Assembly: GCA_964057225.1 (NCBI GenBank)
Contig: OZ059896.1
Coordinates: 13,640,001-13,704,000 of the forward strand
Reading direction: 5' to 3'
Length of the DNA: 64,000 nucleotides
Source of the DNA: Auanema rhodensis
Taxonomy: Eukaryota; Animalia; Nematoda
Positions 8,743-20,700 of this stretch are shown here, piece after piece. The notes under the pieces are model-generated. The model ran no database searches. It was not told the DNA's origin and saw only the letters and a list, made by a program, of their open reading frames with translations. Position 1 is the first letter of the stretch; each line of letters starts with the position of its first letter. A program made the position numbers and the translations under genes.

Positions 8743-11371
8743 GCCGCCAGGAAAAATTTCTTGTCCCCAGGAGGGGGTGAGAGTTGCCTTTCTTGTCTTG
8801 GAGAAGGCTGGGATGATGGAGGCTCATTGGGGGTTCCTGGACTAGTTGGGACAGAAGGGGAAACCAGATCTGGCTTTTCCAAAGTGGAGCGATCAGGATG
8901 GCCTGTCGTCCTGAGTCTGCCAACTTGTTGATGGTCCTCTTGAGGAGGTGGAAGGGCGGGAAGACGAAGAGAAGTCCTTGCGGCAGCAGTTTCCAGTTGT
9001 GAGAGAAGGCGTCTACGCAGAATGCGTTCTCGTCTAGAAGGAAAGAGCAGTAAAGTGGTGCCTTTGCGTTCCAGGAGGATGCAAAAAGATCAAATGAAGG
9101 GGTACCGAATCTTTGGAAAATACTCGCAGTCGTCTCCGGATGGAGGGACCAATCTTCGTGAAGGCATCTACCCCTGGAGAGTTGGTCTGCGATGTGATTC
9201 AGTCTGCCGGCGATGTGCGTTGCTCTGACTCGGATATTGCGCTCCCTGCAGAAGTGCCAGAGCTTACGGGCTATTTCCGAACCTCGTTCTGAGGCCGAGC
9301 CACCCCGCCTGTTGATGTAAGTTATCGCCGATGTGTTATCGATTAACAGTAACACGTCAATATTGCACCACTCAGTGCCGAAATGGACCAGGGCTTTGAA
9401 GGCCGCAATAAGTTCCAACCAGTTTATGTGATAAGCATATTTCTCCTTGATTGACCATTTCCCTGAGATAGTGTTGCCTTCCCATGATGCTCCATATCCT
9501 TCACCGGAGGCGTCCGATGTAATGGACAGGGATGGAGAGAAGGGTACAAGTGAACTCGGGGAGCCTAGTGTGCAAGATTCTTCTGATAGGAAGGCACGTA
9601 AGGTATCCCGAAGGTCTCCTACAATAGAGACCTGAGCGGAAAGCTCGTTGGGGTCGTTTAGGTTGGGAAAACCTATGCCTCGTAAATCTCTTTGAGTTTG
9701 TCTAACCCAAAAGGAAAAATGTGGGTGTACCACAGTGGCGAAGTTGATTCTCCCGAGGAGGGAGGCCAGTTTCCGGAGTGGGGAGGCCTGGGATCTGAGA
9801 AGGACCGACAGGGAGGTGCTTATAGCCTCCCGTTTCTCTGTTGGCAGGCGCCATTCAAGAGAGCGCGTGTCTATTTCTAAACCTAGAAAATCGAGCGATT
9901 GGGTAGGGCTTAAGATGGATTTAAGCATGTTAATAGAGAAACCCGCGTCACGGAATAGATCTATAGCACGAGACGCATGATCGGCCACTCTTGTGGCTGA
10001 CCTGTCTAGAAAAAGCCAGTCGTCAAGGTAGTTGATTAGGCGAATTCCCTGATCCCTGAGGAGCGCTGCAAGCACCCTCATCAGCTTATGAAACACGTAT
10101 GGGGCTGCGTTTAGGCCGAAAGGAAGGACGCAGAACACGTATGATCTGCCCTCTATATCAAAGCCCAGGTAGGGTTGATGTTCTATTGCCACAGGGATAG
10201 AATGATAGGCCGACTGGAAGTCCACCTTGCATAACCAATCATTGCGTTGCAACACCGATGGGAGGTCCCTAACGGATTCCAGCTTGAACCGGGGTGTCTC
10301 TATGAAGGTGTTAAGCGTCTTCAAGTTGAGGATAAAGCGGCTGGACCCATCGGACTTGGGTACTAGAAAAGTAGAGGACCGGAAGATCCTTTCGCCAGGT
10401 CTAGCCGGTCTGATTGCCCCCGTCTCCAAAAGCTCCGCAAGGAGAGGGTTAGCCGGAAGGGATTGCGGTAACGATGTCAGATTTGACAGAAGGCGCTTAG
10501 GTTTACTCCCTGCGAAAGGGAGGCGGTAGCCTTTTACCGTCTGAAGGATATCCTGGTCTTTAGAGAAGGAACCCCAAAAGTCTAGGTGGGACGAAAGAGC
10601 ACCTGCTCGAAAATGGACGCACCTGCTATAGGAGTTAGCCTTGTGGATGGGTCGTGTTGATGGTCCCGATCGTTGGTTCGATGACGGTCTTGGACGTTGA
10701 TGATCTCGGGAACTTGAATTGGTTCTTGAGTTTCTAGAGAGTTCAGAGAAAGCCGAGATTTCTGCCCTTAGCTTCTTTCCGAAGAGTTCCGGGACTGAGT
10801 CCTGAGAATAAAGATTAATAGACGTTGGTCGCTTATGGCATCCTACCTCCTGAGAGTTGTCGAGAGACATGGTAGAACCGTAGAGCGGGGCCCTTTTGTA
10901 GCTAGGCATAGCCTTGATGGGCTGAGAGTACTTCATTTTAAGAAGTGCGATCTCTCTGAGGTGAGTATAATCCGTCTTGATATTGGCGCTGAGGAATCTT
11001 TCTGTCACGTTGATGTATGCCTGTTGTTTGGAGGAAAGTGGAGACTTGTTATCGATCTTCGCAAGTTTCCTGATGATCCGTAGGCCGGCGAGCGCATTGA
11101 GCGTGTTCTCGTAAGAGGCCCTGATGTCAGCCTCGCTGATCTTCACTGATGGCTTGACTGAGCTATCCACGTGGGTGGTGTATTTCTCATCCAGGCATGG
11201 TAGACGGGCGAATGGAGAATCGAGTATTGGGAGCTCAGATAAGATGTCGGCTCTTTCGGTGTGCGTCATGGAGCAACCGGAGGCAAGACGCTCGAAGTCG
11301 GCAAGTTCGGAACCGGAGAGGCGGACTACAGGCCTGGTTCTAGGTCCTTGAGATTCTGGTGGCATGGGCAC
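8648..11371 (-). CDS. DIRS Gag-like + reverse transcriptase + RNase H + DNA N6-adenine-methyltransferase-like polyprotein
   Basis: RT: DFQSAYHSI, LPFGL, YLDD. RNase H: SDASGEGYG, HINWLEL, IDNTSA, NHIADQLSR. MT: DLFAS...DAFS..W...FPPF. The N-terminal ~250 aa are Gag-like by position. True start and C-terminus are uncertain (see findings). Confidence 0.95.
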   Translation of the reverse strand: MPMPPESQGPRTRPVVRLSGSELADFERLASGCSMTHTERADILSELPILDSPFARLPCLDEKYTTHVDSSVKPSVKISEADIRASYENTLNALAGLRIIRKLAKIDNKSPLSSKQQAYINVTERFLSANIKTDYTHLREIALLKMKYSQPIKAMPSYKRAPLYGSTMSLDNSQEVGCHKRPTSINLYSQDSVPELFGKKLRAEISAFSELSRNSRTNSSSRDHQRPRPSSNQRSGPSTRPIHKANSYSRCVHFRAGALSSHLDFWGSFSKDQDILQTVKGYRLPFAGSKPKRLLSNLTSLPQSLPANPLLAELLETGAIRPARPGERIFRSSTFLVPKSDGSSRFILNLKTLNTFIETPRFKLESVRDLPSVLQRNDWLCKVDFQSAYHSIPVAIEHQPYLGFDIEGRSYVFCVLPFGLNAAPYVFHKLMRVLAALLRDQGIRLINYLDDWLFLDRSATRVADHASRAIDLFRDAGFSINMLKSILSPTQSLDFLGLEIDTRSLEWRLPTEKREAISTSLSVLLRSQASPLRKLASLLGRINFATVVHPHFSFWVRQTQRDLRGIGFPNLNDPNELSAQVSIVGDLRDTLRAFLSEESCTLGSPSSLVPFSPSLSITSDASGEGYGASWEGNTISGKWSIKEKYAYHINWLELIAAFKALVHFGTEWCNIDVLLLIDNTSAITYINRRGGSASERGSEIARKLWHFCRERNIRVRATHIAGRLNHIADQLSRGRCLHEDWSLHPETTASIFQRFGTPSFDLFASSWNAKAPLYCSFLLDENAFCVDAFSHNWKLLPQGLLFVFPPFHLLKRTINKLADSGRQAILIAPLWKSQIWFPLLSQLVQEPPMSLHHPSLLQDKKGNSHPLLGTRNFSWRRGGFHRQHRRNIGPDQTTIGKRFRSWYPKTI

Positions 11372-11622
11372 GAAGTCGTCCTCGTCCGAGGAGTCATGTC
11401 GAACTTAATCGAGTTCTTCATGGGAGTTTACCGAGTGATCGCCTTGGGTTGATTCCGTAGGTGTGAGACGGCCATCGCGTCGTGAAGATTCCAAAGAGCC
11501 GTCTGATGAGATCGAGACGGATGAGCGGCCTCTTTTCGGGGCAGGCTCATGATCAGGGGCTTGTCCCTTCTTGGTAGTGCGAGCGGGGCCATAGCGACCA
11601 ACCGTGAGGCTCGAAACAAAAA

Positions 11623-11781
11623 TATGAAGTGTTTTACTGATAGAATTGACTTGAGAACCCGGTTCCCGCCAATACTTAAAGCCCGCCTTTCCCACGGTCT
11701 TATTACCCTATTCAAAAAAAATTTTTTTTTTGTAACGTGAGGTCAATGTAAACAATATAGCTAACAGTCGAAAAAATATAA
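11623..11781 (-). repeat. DIRS 5' inverted terminal repeat (159 bp)
   Basis: Reverse complement of 7,382-7,540 with one mismatch seen by eye. Confidence 0.95.
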
Positions 11782-14700
11782 CGAGGAATCACCGGTCACA
11801 TCGTGAACACAGCCTGAACTTTTTTGTGAACAATCTTGTGGGTGTGCTTGGTATAAACCGTTTTTCCGGAAAATGGAGAGGTCCAAGCTAAATCTGAGTT
11901 GGATATTCAGATTCTTCATGTTTCAATACCCAAGTTCAGAATGTTTTTGTTTGAAAACATTCCATGATCGAAGAGAAAAACGGGGAATCACCGGTCACAT
12001 CGTGAGCACAGCCTGAACTTTTTTGTGAACAATCTTGTGGGTGTGCTTGGTATAAACCGTTTTTCCGGAAAATGGAGAGGTCTAAGCCTTTTCTAAGTCG
12101 GATATTCAGATTCTTCATGTTTCATTACCCAAGTTCAGAATGTTTTTGTTTGAAAACATTCCATGATCGAAGAGAAAAACGGGGAATCACCGGTCACATC
12201 GTGAGCACAGCCTGAACTTTTTTGTGAACAATCTTGTGGGTGTGCTTGGTATAAACCGTTTTTCCGGAAAATGGAGAGGTCCAAGCTAAATCTGAGTTGG
12301 ATATTCAGATTCTTCATGTTTCAATACCCAAGTTCAGAATGTTTTTGTTTGAAAACATTCCATGATCGAAGAGAAAAACGGGGAATCACCGGTCATATCG
12401 TGAGCACAGCCTGAACTTTTTTGTGAACAATCTTGTGGGTGTGCTTGGTATAAACCGTTTTTCCGGAAAATGGAGAGGTCCAAGCTAAATCTGAGTTGGA
12501 TATTCAGATTCTTCATGTTTCAATACCCAAGTTCAGAATGTTTTTGTTTGAAAACATTCCATGATCGAAGAGAAAAACGGGGAATCACCGGTCACATCGT
12601 AAGCACAGCCTGAACTTTTTTGTGAACAATCTTGTGGGTGTGCTTGGTATAAACCGTTTTTCCGGAAAATGGAGAGGTCCAAGCTAAATCTGAGTTGGAT
12701 ATTCAGATTCTTCATGTTTCAATACCCAAGTTCAGAATGTTTTTGTTTGAAAACATTCCATGATCGAAGAGAAAAACGGGGAATCACCGGTCACATCGTG
12801 AGCACAGCCTGAACTTTTTTGTGAACAATCTTGTGGGTGTGCTTGGTATAAACCGTTTTTCCGGAAAATGGAGAGGTCTAAGCCTTTTCTAAGTCGGATA
12901 TTCAGATTCTTCATGTTTCATTACCCAAGTTCAGAATGTTTTTGTTTGAAAACATTCCATGATCGAAGAGAAAAACGGGGAATCACCGGTCACATCGTGA
13001 GCACAGCCTGAACTTTTTTGTGAACAATCTTGTGGGTGTGCTTGGTATAAACCGTTTTTCCGGAAAATGGAGAGGTCCAAGCTAAATCTGAGTTGGATAT
13101 TCAGATTCTTCATGTTTCAATACCCAAGTTCAGAATGTTTTTGTTTGAAAACATTCCATGATCGAAGAGAAAAACGGGGAATCACCGGTCACATCGTGAG
13201 CACAGCCTGAACTTTTTTGTGAACAATCTTGTGGGTGTGCTTGGTATAAACCGTTTTTCCGGAAAATGGAGAGGTCCAAGCTAAATCTGAGTTGGATATT
13301 CAGATTCTTCATGTTTCAATACCCAAGTTCAGAAAGTTTTTGTTTGAGAACATTCCATGATCGAAGAGAAAAACGGGGAATCACCGGTCACATCGTGAGC
13401 ACAGCCTGAACTTTTTGTGAACAATCTTGTGGGTGTGCTTGGTATAAACCGTTTTTCCGGAAAATGGAGAGGTCTAAGCCTTTTCTAAGTCTGATATTCA
13501 GATTCTTCATGTTTCATTACCCAAGTTCGGAATGTTTTTGTTTGAAAGCATTTCATGATCGAAGAGAAAAACGGGGAATCACCGGTCACATCGTGAACAC
13601 AGCCTGAACTTTTTTGTGAACAATCTTGTGGGTGTGCTTGGTATAAACCGTTTTTCCGGAAAATGGAGAGGTCTAAGCCTTTTCTAAGTCTGATATTCAG
13701 ATTCTTCATGTTTCATTACCGAAGTACAGAATGTTTTTGTTTGAAAACATTCAATGATCGAAGAGAAAAACGGGGAATCACCGGTCACATCGTGAGCACA
13801 GCCTGAACTTTTTGTGAACAATCTTGTGGGTGTGCTTGGTATAAACCGTTTTTCCGGAAAATGGAGAGGTCCAAGCTAAATCTGAGTTGGATATTCAGAT
13901 TCTTCATGTTTCATTACTCAAGTTCAGAATGTTTTTGTTTGAAAACATTCCATGATCGAAGAGAAAAACGGGGAATCACCGGTCACATCGTGAGCACAGC
14001 CTGAACTTTTTGTGAACAATCTTGTGGGTGTGCTTGGTATAAACCGTTTTTCCGGAAAATGGAGAGGTCCAAGCTAAATCTGAGTTGGATATTCAGATTC
14101 TTCATGTTTCAATACCCAAGTTCAGAAAGTTTTTGTTTGAAAACATTCCATGATCGAAGAGAAAAACGGGGAATCACCGGTCACATCGTGAGCACAGCCT
14201 GAACTTTTTTGTGAACAATCTTGTGGGTGTGCTTGGTATAAACCGTTTTTCCGGAAAATGGAGAGGTCCAAGCTAAATCTGAGTTGGATATTCAGATTCT
14301 TCATGTTTCAATACCCAAGTTCAGAATGTTTTCACTTGAAAACATTCCATGATCGGAGAGAAAAACGGGGAATCACCGGTCACATCGTGAGCACAGCCTG
14401 AACTTTTTTGTGAACAATCTTGTGGGTGTGCTTGGTATAAACCGTTTTTCCGGAAAATGGAGAGGTCCAAGCTAAATCTGAGTTGGATATTCAGATTCTT
14501 CATGTTTCGATACCCAAGTTCAGAAAGTTTTTGTTTGAAAACATTCCATGATCGAAGAGAAAAACGGGGAATCACCGGTCACATCGTGAGCACAGCCTGA
14601 ACTTTTTTGTGAACAATCTTGTGGGTGTGCTTGGTATAAACCGTTTTTCCGGAAAATGGAGAGGTCCAAGCTAAATCTGAGTTGGATATTCAGATTCTTC

Positions 14701-17700
14701 ATGTTTCAATACCCAAGTTCAGAAAGTTTTTGTTTGAAAACATTCCATGATCGAAGAGAAAAACGGGGAATCACCGGTAACATCGTGAGCACAGCCTGAA
14801 CTTTTTTGTGAACAATCTTGTGGGTGTGCTTGGTATAAACCGTTTTTCCGGAAAATAGAGAGGTCCAAGCTAAATATGAGTTGGATATTCAGATTCTTCA
14901 TGTTTCAATACCCAAGTTCAGAATGTTTTCATTTGAAAACATTCCATGATCGAAGAGAAAAACGGGGAATCACCGGTCACATCGTGAGCACAGCCTGAAA
15001 TTTTTTGTGAACAATCTTGTGGGTGTGCTTGGTATAAACCGTTTTTCCGGAAAATGGAGAGGTCCAAGCTAAATCTGAGTTGGATATTCAGATTCTTCAT
15101 GTTTCGATACCCAAGTTCAGAAAGTTTTTGTTTGAAAACATTCCATGATCGAAGAGAAAAACGGGGAATCACCGGTCACATCGTGAGCACAGCCTGAACT
15201 TTTTTGTGAACAATCTTGTGGGTGTGCTTGGTATAAACCGTTTTTCCGGAAAATGGAGAGGTCCAAGCTAAATCTGAGTTGGATATTCAGATTCTTCATG
15301 TTTCAATACCCAAGTTCAGAAAGTTTTTGTTTGAAAACATTCCATGATCGAAGAGAAAAACGGGGAATCACCGGTAACATCGTGAGCACAGCCTGAACTT
15401 TTTTGTGAACAATCTTGTGGGTGTGCTTGGTATAAACCGTTTTTCCGGAAAATAGAGAGGTCCAAGCTAAATATGAGTTGGATATTCAGATTCTTCATGT
15501 TTCAATACCCAAGTTCAGAATGTTTTCATTTGAAAACATTCCATGATCGAAGAGAAAAACGGGGAATCACCGGTCACATCGTGAGCACAGCCTGAACTTT
15601 TTTGTGAACAATCTTGTGGGTGTGCTTGGTATAAACCGTTTTTCCGGAAAATGGAGAGGTCTAAGCCTTTTCTAAGTCTGATATTCAGATTCTTCATGTT
15701 TCATTACCCAAGTTCGGAATGTTTTTGTTTGAAAGCATTTCATGATCGAAGAGAAAAACGGGGAATCACCGGTCACATCGTGAACACAGCCTGAACTTTT
15801 TTGTGAACAATCTTGTGGGTGTGCTTGGTATAAACCGTTTTTCCGGAAAATGGAGAGGTCCAAGCTAAATCTGAGTTGGATATTCAGATTCTTCATGTTT
15901 CATTACCCAAGTTCAGAATGTTTTTGTTTGAAAACATTCCATGATCGAAGAGAAAAACGGGGAATCACCGGTCACATCGTGAGCACAGCCTGAACTTTTT
16001 TGTGAACAATCTTGTGGGTGTGCTTGGTATAAACCGTTTTTCCGGAAAATGGAGAGGTCTAAGCCTTTTCTAAGTCTGATATTCAGATTCTTCATGTTTC
16101 ATTACCCAAGTTCGGAATGTTTTTGTTTGAAAGCATTTCATGATCGAAGAGAAAAACGGGGAATCACCGGTCACATCGTGAACACAGCCTGAACTTTTTT
16201 GTGAACAATCTTGTGGGTGTGCTTGGTATAAACCGTTTTTCCGGAAAATGGAGAGGTCTAAGCCTTTTCTAAGTCGGATATTCAGATTCTTCATGTTTCA
16301 TTACCCAAGTTCAGAATGTTTTTGTTTGAAAACATTCCATGATCGAAGAGAAAAACGGGGAATCACCGGTCACATCGTGAGCACAGCCTGAACTTTTTTG
16401 TGAACAATCTTGTGGGTGTGCTTGGTATAAACCGTTTTTCCGGAAAATGGAGAGGTCCAAGCTAAATCTGAGTTGGATATTCAGATTCTTCATGTTTCAA
16501 TACCCAAGTTCAGAATGTTTTTGTTTGAAAACATTCCATGATCGAAGAGAAAAACGGGGAATCACCGGTCACATCGTGAGCACAGCCTGAACTTTTTTGT
16601 GAACAATCTTGTGGGTGTGCTTGGTATAAACCGTTTTTCCGGAAAATGGAGAGGTCCAAGCTAAATCTGAGTTGGATATTCAGATTCTTCATGTTTCAAT
16701 ACCCAAGTTCAGAAAGTTTTTGTTTGAGAACATTCCATGATCGAAGAGAAAAACGGGGAATCACCGGTCACATCGTGAGCACAGCCTGAACTTTTTGTGA
16801 ACAATCTTGTGGGTGTGCTTGGTATAAACCGTTTTTCCGGAAAATGGAGAGGTCTAAGCCTTTTCTAAGTCTGATATTCAGATTCTTCATGTTTCATTAC
16901 CCAAGTTCGGAATGTTTTTGTTTGAAAGCATTTCATGATCGAAGAGAAAAACGGGGAATCACCGGTCACATCGTGAACACAGCCTGAACTTTTTTGTGAA
17001 CAATCTTGTGGGTGTGCTTGGTATAAACCGTTTTTCCGGAAAATGGAGAGGTCTAAGCCTTTTCTAAGTCTGATATTCAGATTCTTCATGTTTCATTACC
17101 GAAGTACAGAATGTTTTTGTTTGAAAACATTCAATGATCGAAGAGAAAAACGGGGAATCACCGGTCACATCGTGAGCACAGCCTGAACTTTTTGTGAACA
17201 ATCTTGTGGGTGTGCTTGGTATAAACCGTTTTTCCGGAAAATGGAGAGGTCCAAGCTAAATCTGAGTTGGATATTCAGATTCTTCATGTTTCATTACTCA
17301 AGTTCAGAATGTTTTTGTTTGAAAACATTCCATGATCGAAGAGAAAAACGGGGAATCACCGGTCACATCGTGAGCACAGCCTGAACTTTTTGTGAACAAT
17401 CTTGTGGGTGTGCTTGGTATAAACCGTTTTTCCGGAAAATGGAGAGGTCCAAGCTAAATCTGAGTTGGATATTCAGATTCTTCATGTTTCAATACCCAAG
17501 TTCAGAAAGTTTTTGTTTGAAAACATTCCATGATCGAAGAGAAAAACGGGGAATCACCGGTCACATCGTGAGCACAGCCTGAACTTTTTTGTGAACAATC
17601 TTGTGGGTGTGCTTGGTATAAACCGTTTTTCCGGAAAATGGAGAGGTCCAAGCTAAATCTGAGTTGGATATTCAGATTCTTCATGTTTCAATACCCAAGT

Positions 17701-20700
17701 TCAGAATGTTTTCACTTGAAAACATTCCATGATCGAAGAGAAAAACGGGGAATCACCGGTCACATCGTGAGCACAGCCTGAACTTTTTGTGAACAATCTT
17801 GTGGGTGTGCTTGGTATAAACCGTTTTTCCGGAAAATGGAGAGGTCCAAGCTAAATCTGAGTTGGATATTCAGATTCTTCATGTTTCAATACCCAAGTTC
17901 AGAAAGTTTTTGTTTGAAAACATTCCATGATCGAAGAGAAAAACGGGGAATCACCGGTCACATCGTGAGCACAGCCTGAACTTTTTTGTGAACAATCTTG
18001 TGGGTGTGCTTGGTATAAACCGTTTTTCCGGAAAATGGAGAGGTCCAAGCTAAATCTGAGTTGGATATTCAGATTCTTCATGTTTCGATACCCAAGTTCA
18101 GAAAGTTTTTGTTTGAAAACATTCCATGATCGAAGAGAAAAACGGGGAATCACCGGTCACATCGTGAGCACAGCCTGAACTTTTTTGTGAACAATCTTGT
18201 GGGTGTGCTTGGTATAAACCGTTTTTCCGGAAAATGGAGAGGTCCAAGCTAAATCTGAGTTGGATATTCAGATTCTTCATGTTTCAATACCCAAGTTCAG
18301 AAAGTTTTTGTTTGAAAACATTCCATGATCGAAGAGAAAAACGGGGAATCACCGGTAACATCGTGAGCACAGCCTGAACTTTTTTGTGAACAATCTTGTG
18401 GGTGTGCTTGGTATAAACCGTTTTTCCGGAAAATGGAGAGGTCCAAGCTAAATCTGAGTTGGATATTCAGATTCTTCATGTTTCAATACCCAAGTTCAGA
18501 ATGTTTTCACTTGAAAACATTCCATGATCGAAGAGAAAAACGGGGAATCACCGGTCACATCGTGAGCACAGCCTGAACTTTTTGTGAACAATCTTGTGGG
18601 TGTGCTTGGTATAAACCGTTTTTCCGGAAAATGGAGAGGTCCAAGCTAAATCTGAGTTGGATATTCAGATTCTTCATGTTTCAATACCCAAGTTCAGAAA
18701 GTTTTTGTTTGAAAACATTCCATGATCGAAGAGAAAAACGGGGAATCACCGGTCACATCGTGAGCACAGCCTGAACTTTTTTGTGAACAATCTTGTGGGT
18801 GTGCTTGGTATAAACCGTTTTTCCGGAAAATGGAGAGGTCCAAGCTAAATCTGAGTTGGATATTCAGATTCTTCATGTTTCGATACCCAAGTTCAGAAAG
18901 TTTTTGTTTGAAAACATTCCATGATCGAAGAGAAAAACGGGGAATCACCGGTCACATCGTGAGCACAGCCTGAACTTTTTTGTGAACAATCTTGTGGGTG
19001 TGCTTGGTATAAACCGTTTTTCCGGAAAATGGAGAGGTCCAAGCTAAATCTGAGTTGGATATTCAGATTCTTCATGTTTCAATACCCAAGTTCAGAAAGT
19101 TTTTGTTTGAAAACATTCCATGATCGAAGAGAAAAACGGGGAATCACCGGTAACATCGTGAGCACAGCCTGAACTTTTTTGTGAACAATCTTGTGGGTGT
19201 GCTTGGTATAAACCGTTTTTCCGGAAAATAGAGAGGTCCAAGCTAAATATGAGTTGGATATTCAGATTCTTCATGTTTCAATACCCAAGTTCAGAATGTT
19301 TTCATTTGAAAACATTCCATGATCGAAGAGAAAAACGGGGAATCACCGGTCACATCGTGAGCACAGCCTGAACTTTTTTGTGAACAATCTTGTGGGTGTG
19401 CTTGGTATAAACCGTTTTTCCGGAAAATGGAGAGGTCTAAGCCTTTTCTAAGTCTGATATTCAGATTCTTCATGTTTCATTACCCAAGTTCGGAATGTTT
19501 TTGTTTGAAAGCATTTCATGATCGAAGAGAAAAACGGGGAATCACCGGTCACATCGTGAACACAGCCTGAACTTTTTTGTGAACAATCTTGTGGGTGTGC
19601 TTGGTATAAACCGTTTTTCCGGAAAATGGAGAGGTCCAAGCTAAATCTGAGTTGGATATTCAGATTCTTCATGTTTCATTACCCAAGTTCAGAATGTTTT
19701 TGTTTGAAAACATTCCATGATCGAAGAGAAAAACGGGGAATCACCGGTCACATCGTGAGCACAGCCTGAACTTTTTTGTGAACAATCTTGTGGGTGTGCT
19801 TGGTATAAACCGTTTTTCCGGAAAATGGAGAGGTCTAAGCCTTTTCTAAGTCTGATATTCAGATTCTTCATGTTTCATTACCCAAGTTCGGAATGTTTTT
19901 GTTTGAAAGCATTTCATGATCGAAGAGAAAAACGGGGAATCACCGGTCACATCGTGAACACAGCCTGAACTTTTTTGTGAACAATCTTGTGGGTGTGCTT
20001 GGTATAAACCGTTTTTCCGGAAAATGGAGAGGTCTAAGCCTTTTCTAAGTCGGATATTCAGATTCTTCATGTTTCATTACCCAAGTTCAGAATGTTTTTG
20101 TTTGAAAACATTCCATGATCGAAGAGAAAAACGGGGAATCACCGGTCACATCGTGAGCACAGCCTGAACTTTTTTGTGAACAATCTTGTGGGTGTGCTTG
20201 GTATAAACCGTTTTTCCGGAAAATGGAGAGGTCCAAGCTAAATCTGAGTTGGATATTCAGATTCTTCATGTTTTATTACTCAAGTTCAGAAAGTTTTTGT
20301 TTGAAAACATTCCATGATCGAAGAGAAAAACGGGGAATCACCGGTCACATCGTGAGCACAGCCTGAACTTTTTTGTGAACAATCTTGTGGGTGTGCTTGG
20401 TATAAACCGTTTTTCCGGAAAATAGAGAGGTCCAAGCTAAATCTGAGTTGGATATTCAGATTCTTCATGTTTCAATACCCAAGTTCAGAATATTTTTATT
20501 TCAAAACATTTCATGATCGAGGAGAAAAACAGGGAATCACCGGTCGCATCGTGAGCACAGCCTGAACTTTTTTGTGAACAATCTTGTGGGTGTGCTTGGT
20601 ATAAACCGTTTTTCCGGAAAATGGAGAGGTCGAAGCCTTTTCTAAGTCGGATATTCAGATTCTTCATGTTTCAATACCCAAGTTCAGAATATTTTTATTT

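Larger units (their letters stand above)
7345..11781 (-). mobile_element. DIRS1-like tyrosine-recombinase retrotransposon, structurally complete (4,437 bp)
   Basis: 159-bp ITRs, 37-bp 3' extension, ICR complementary to both ends, RT/RNase H/methyltransferase ORF plus YR ORF, no target-site duplication. Removing it restores the satellite monomer GAGGAGAAAAA|CGAGGAATC. Confidence 0.97.

Noticed and set aside
8645-11740. Plus-strand ORFs inside the DIRS element
   Set aside because: They are antisense shadows of GC-rich coding sequence with no motifs.
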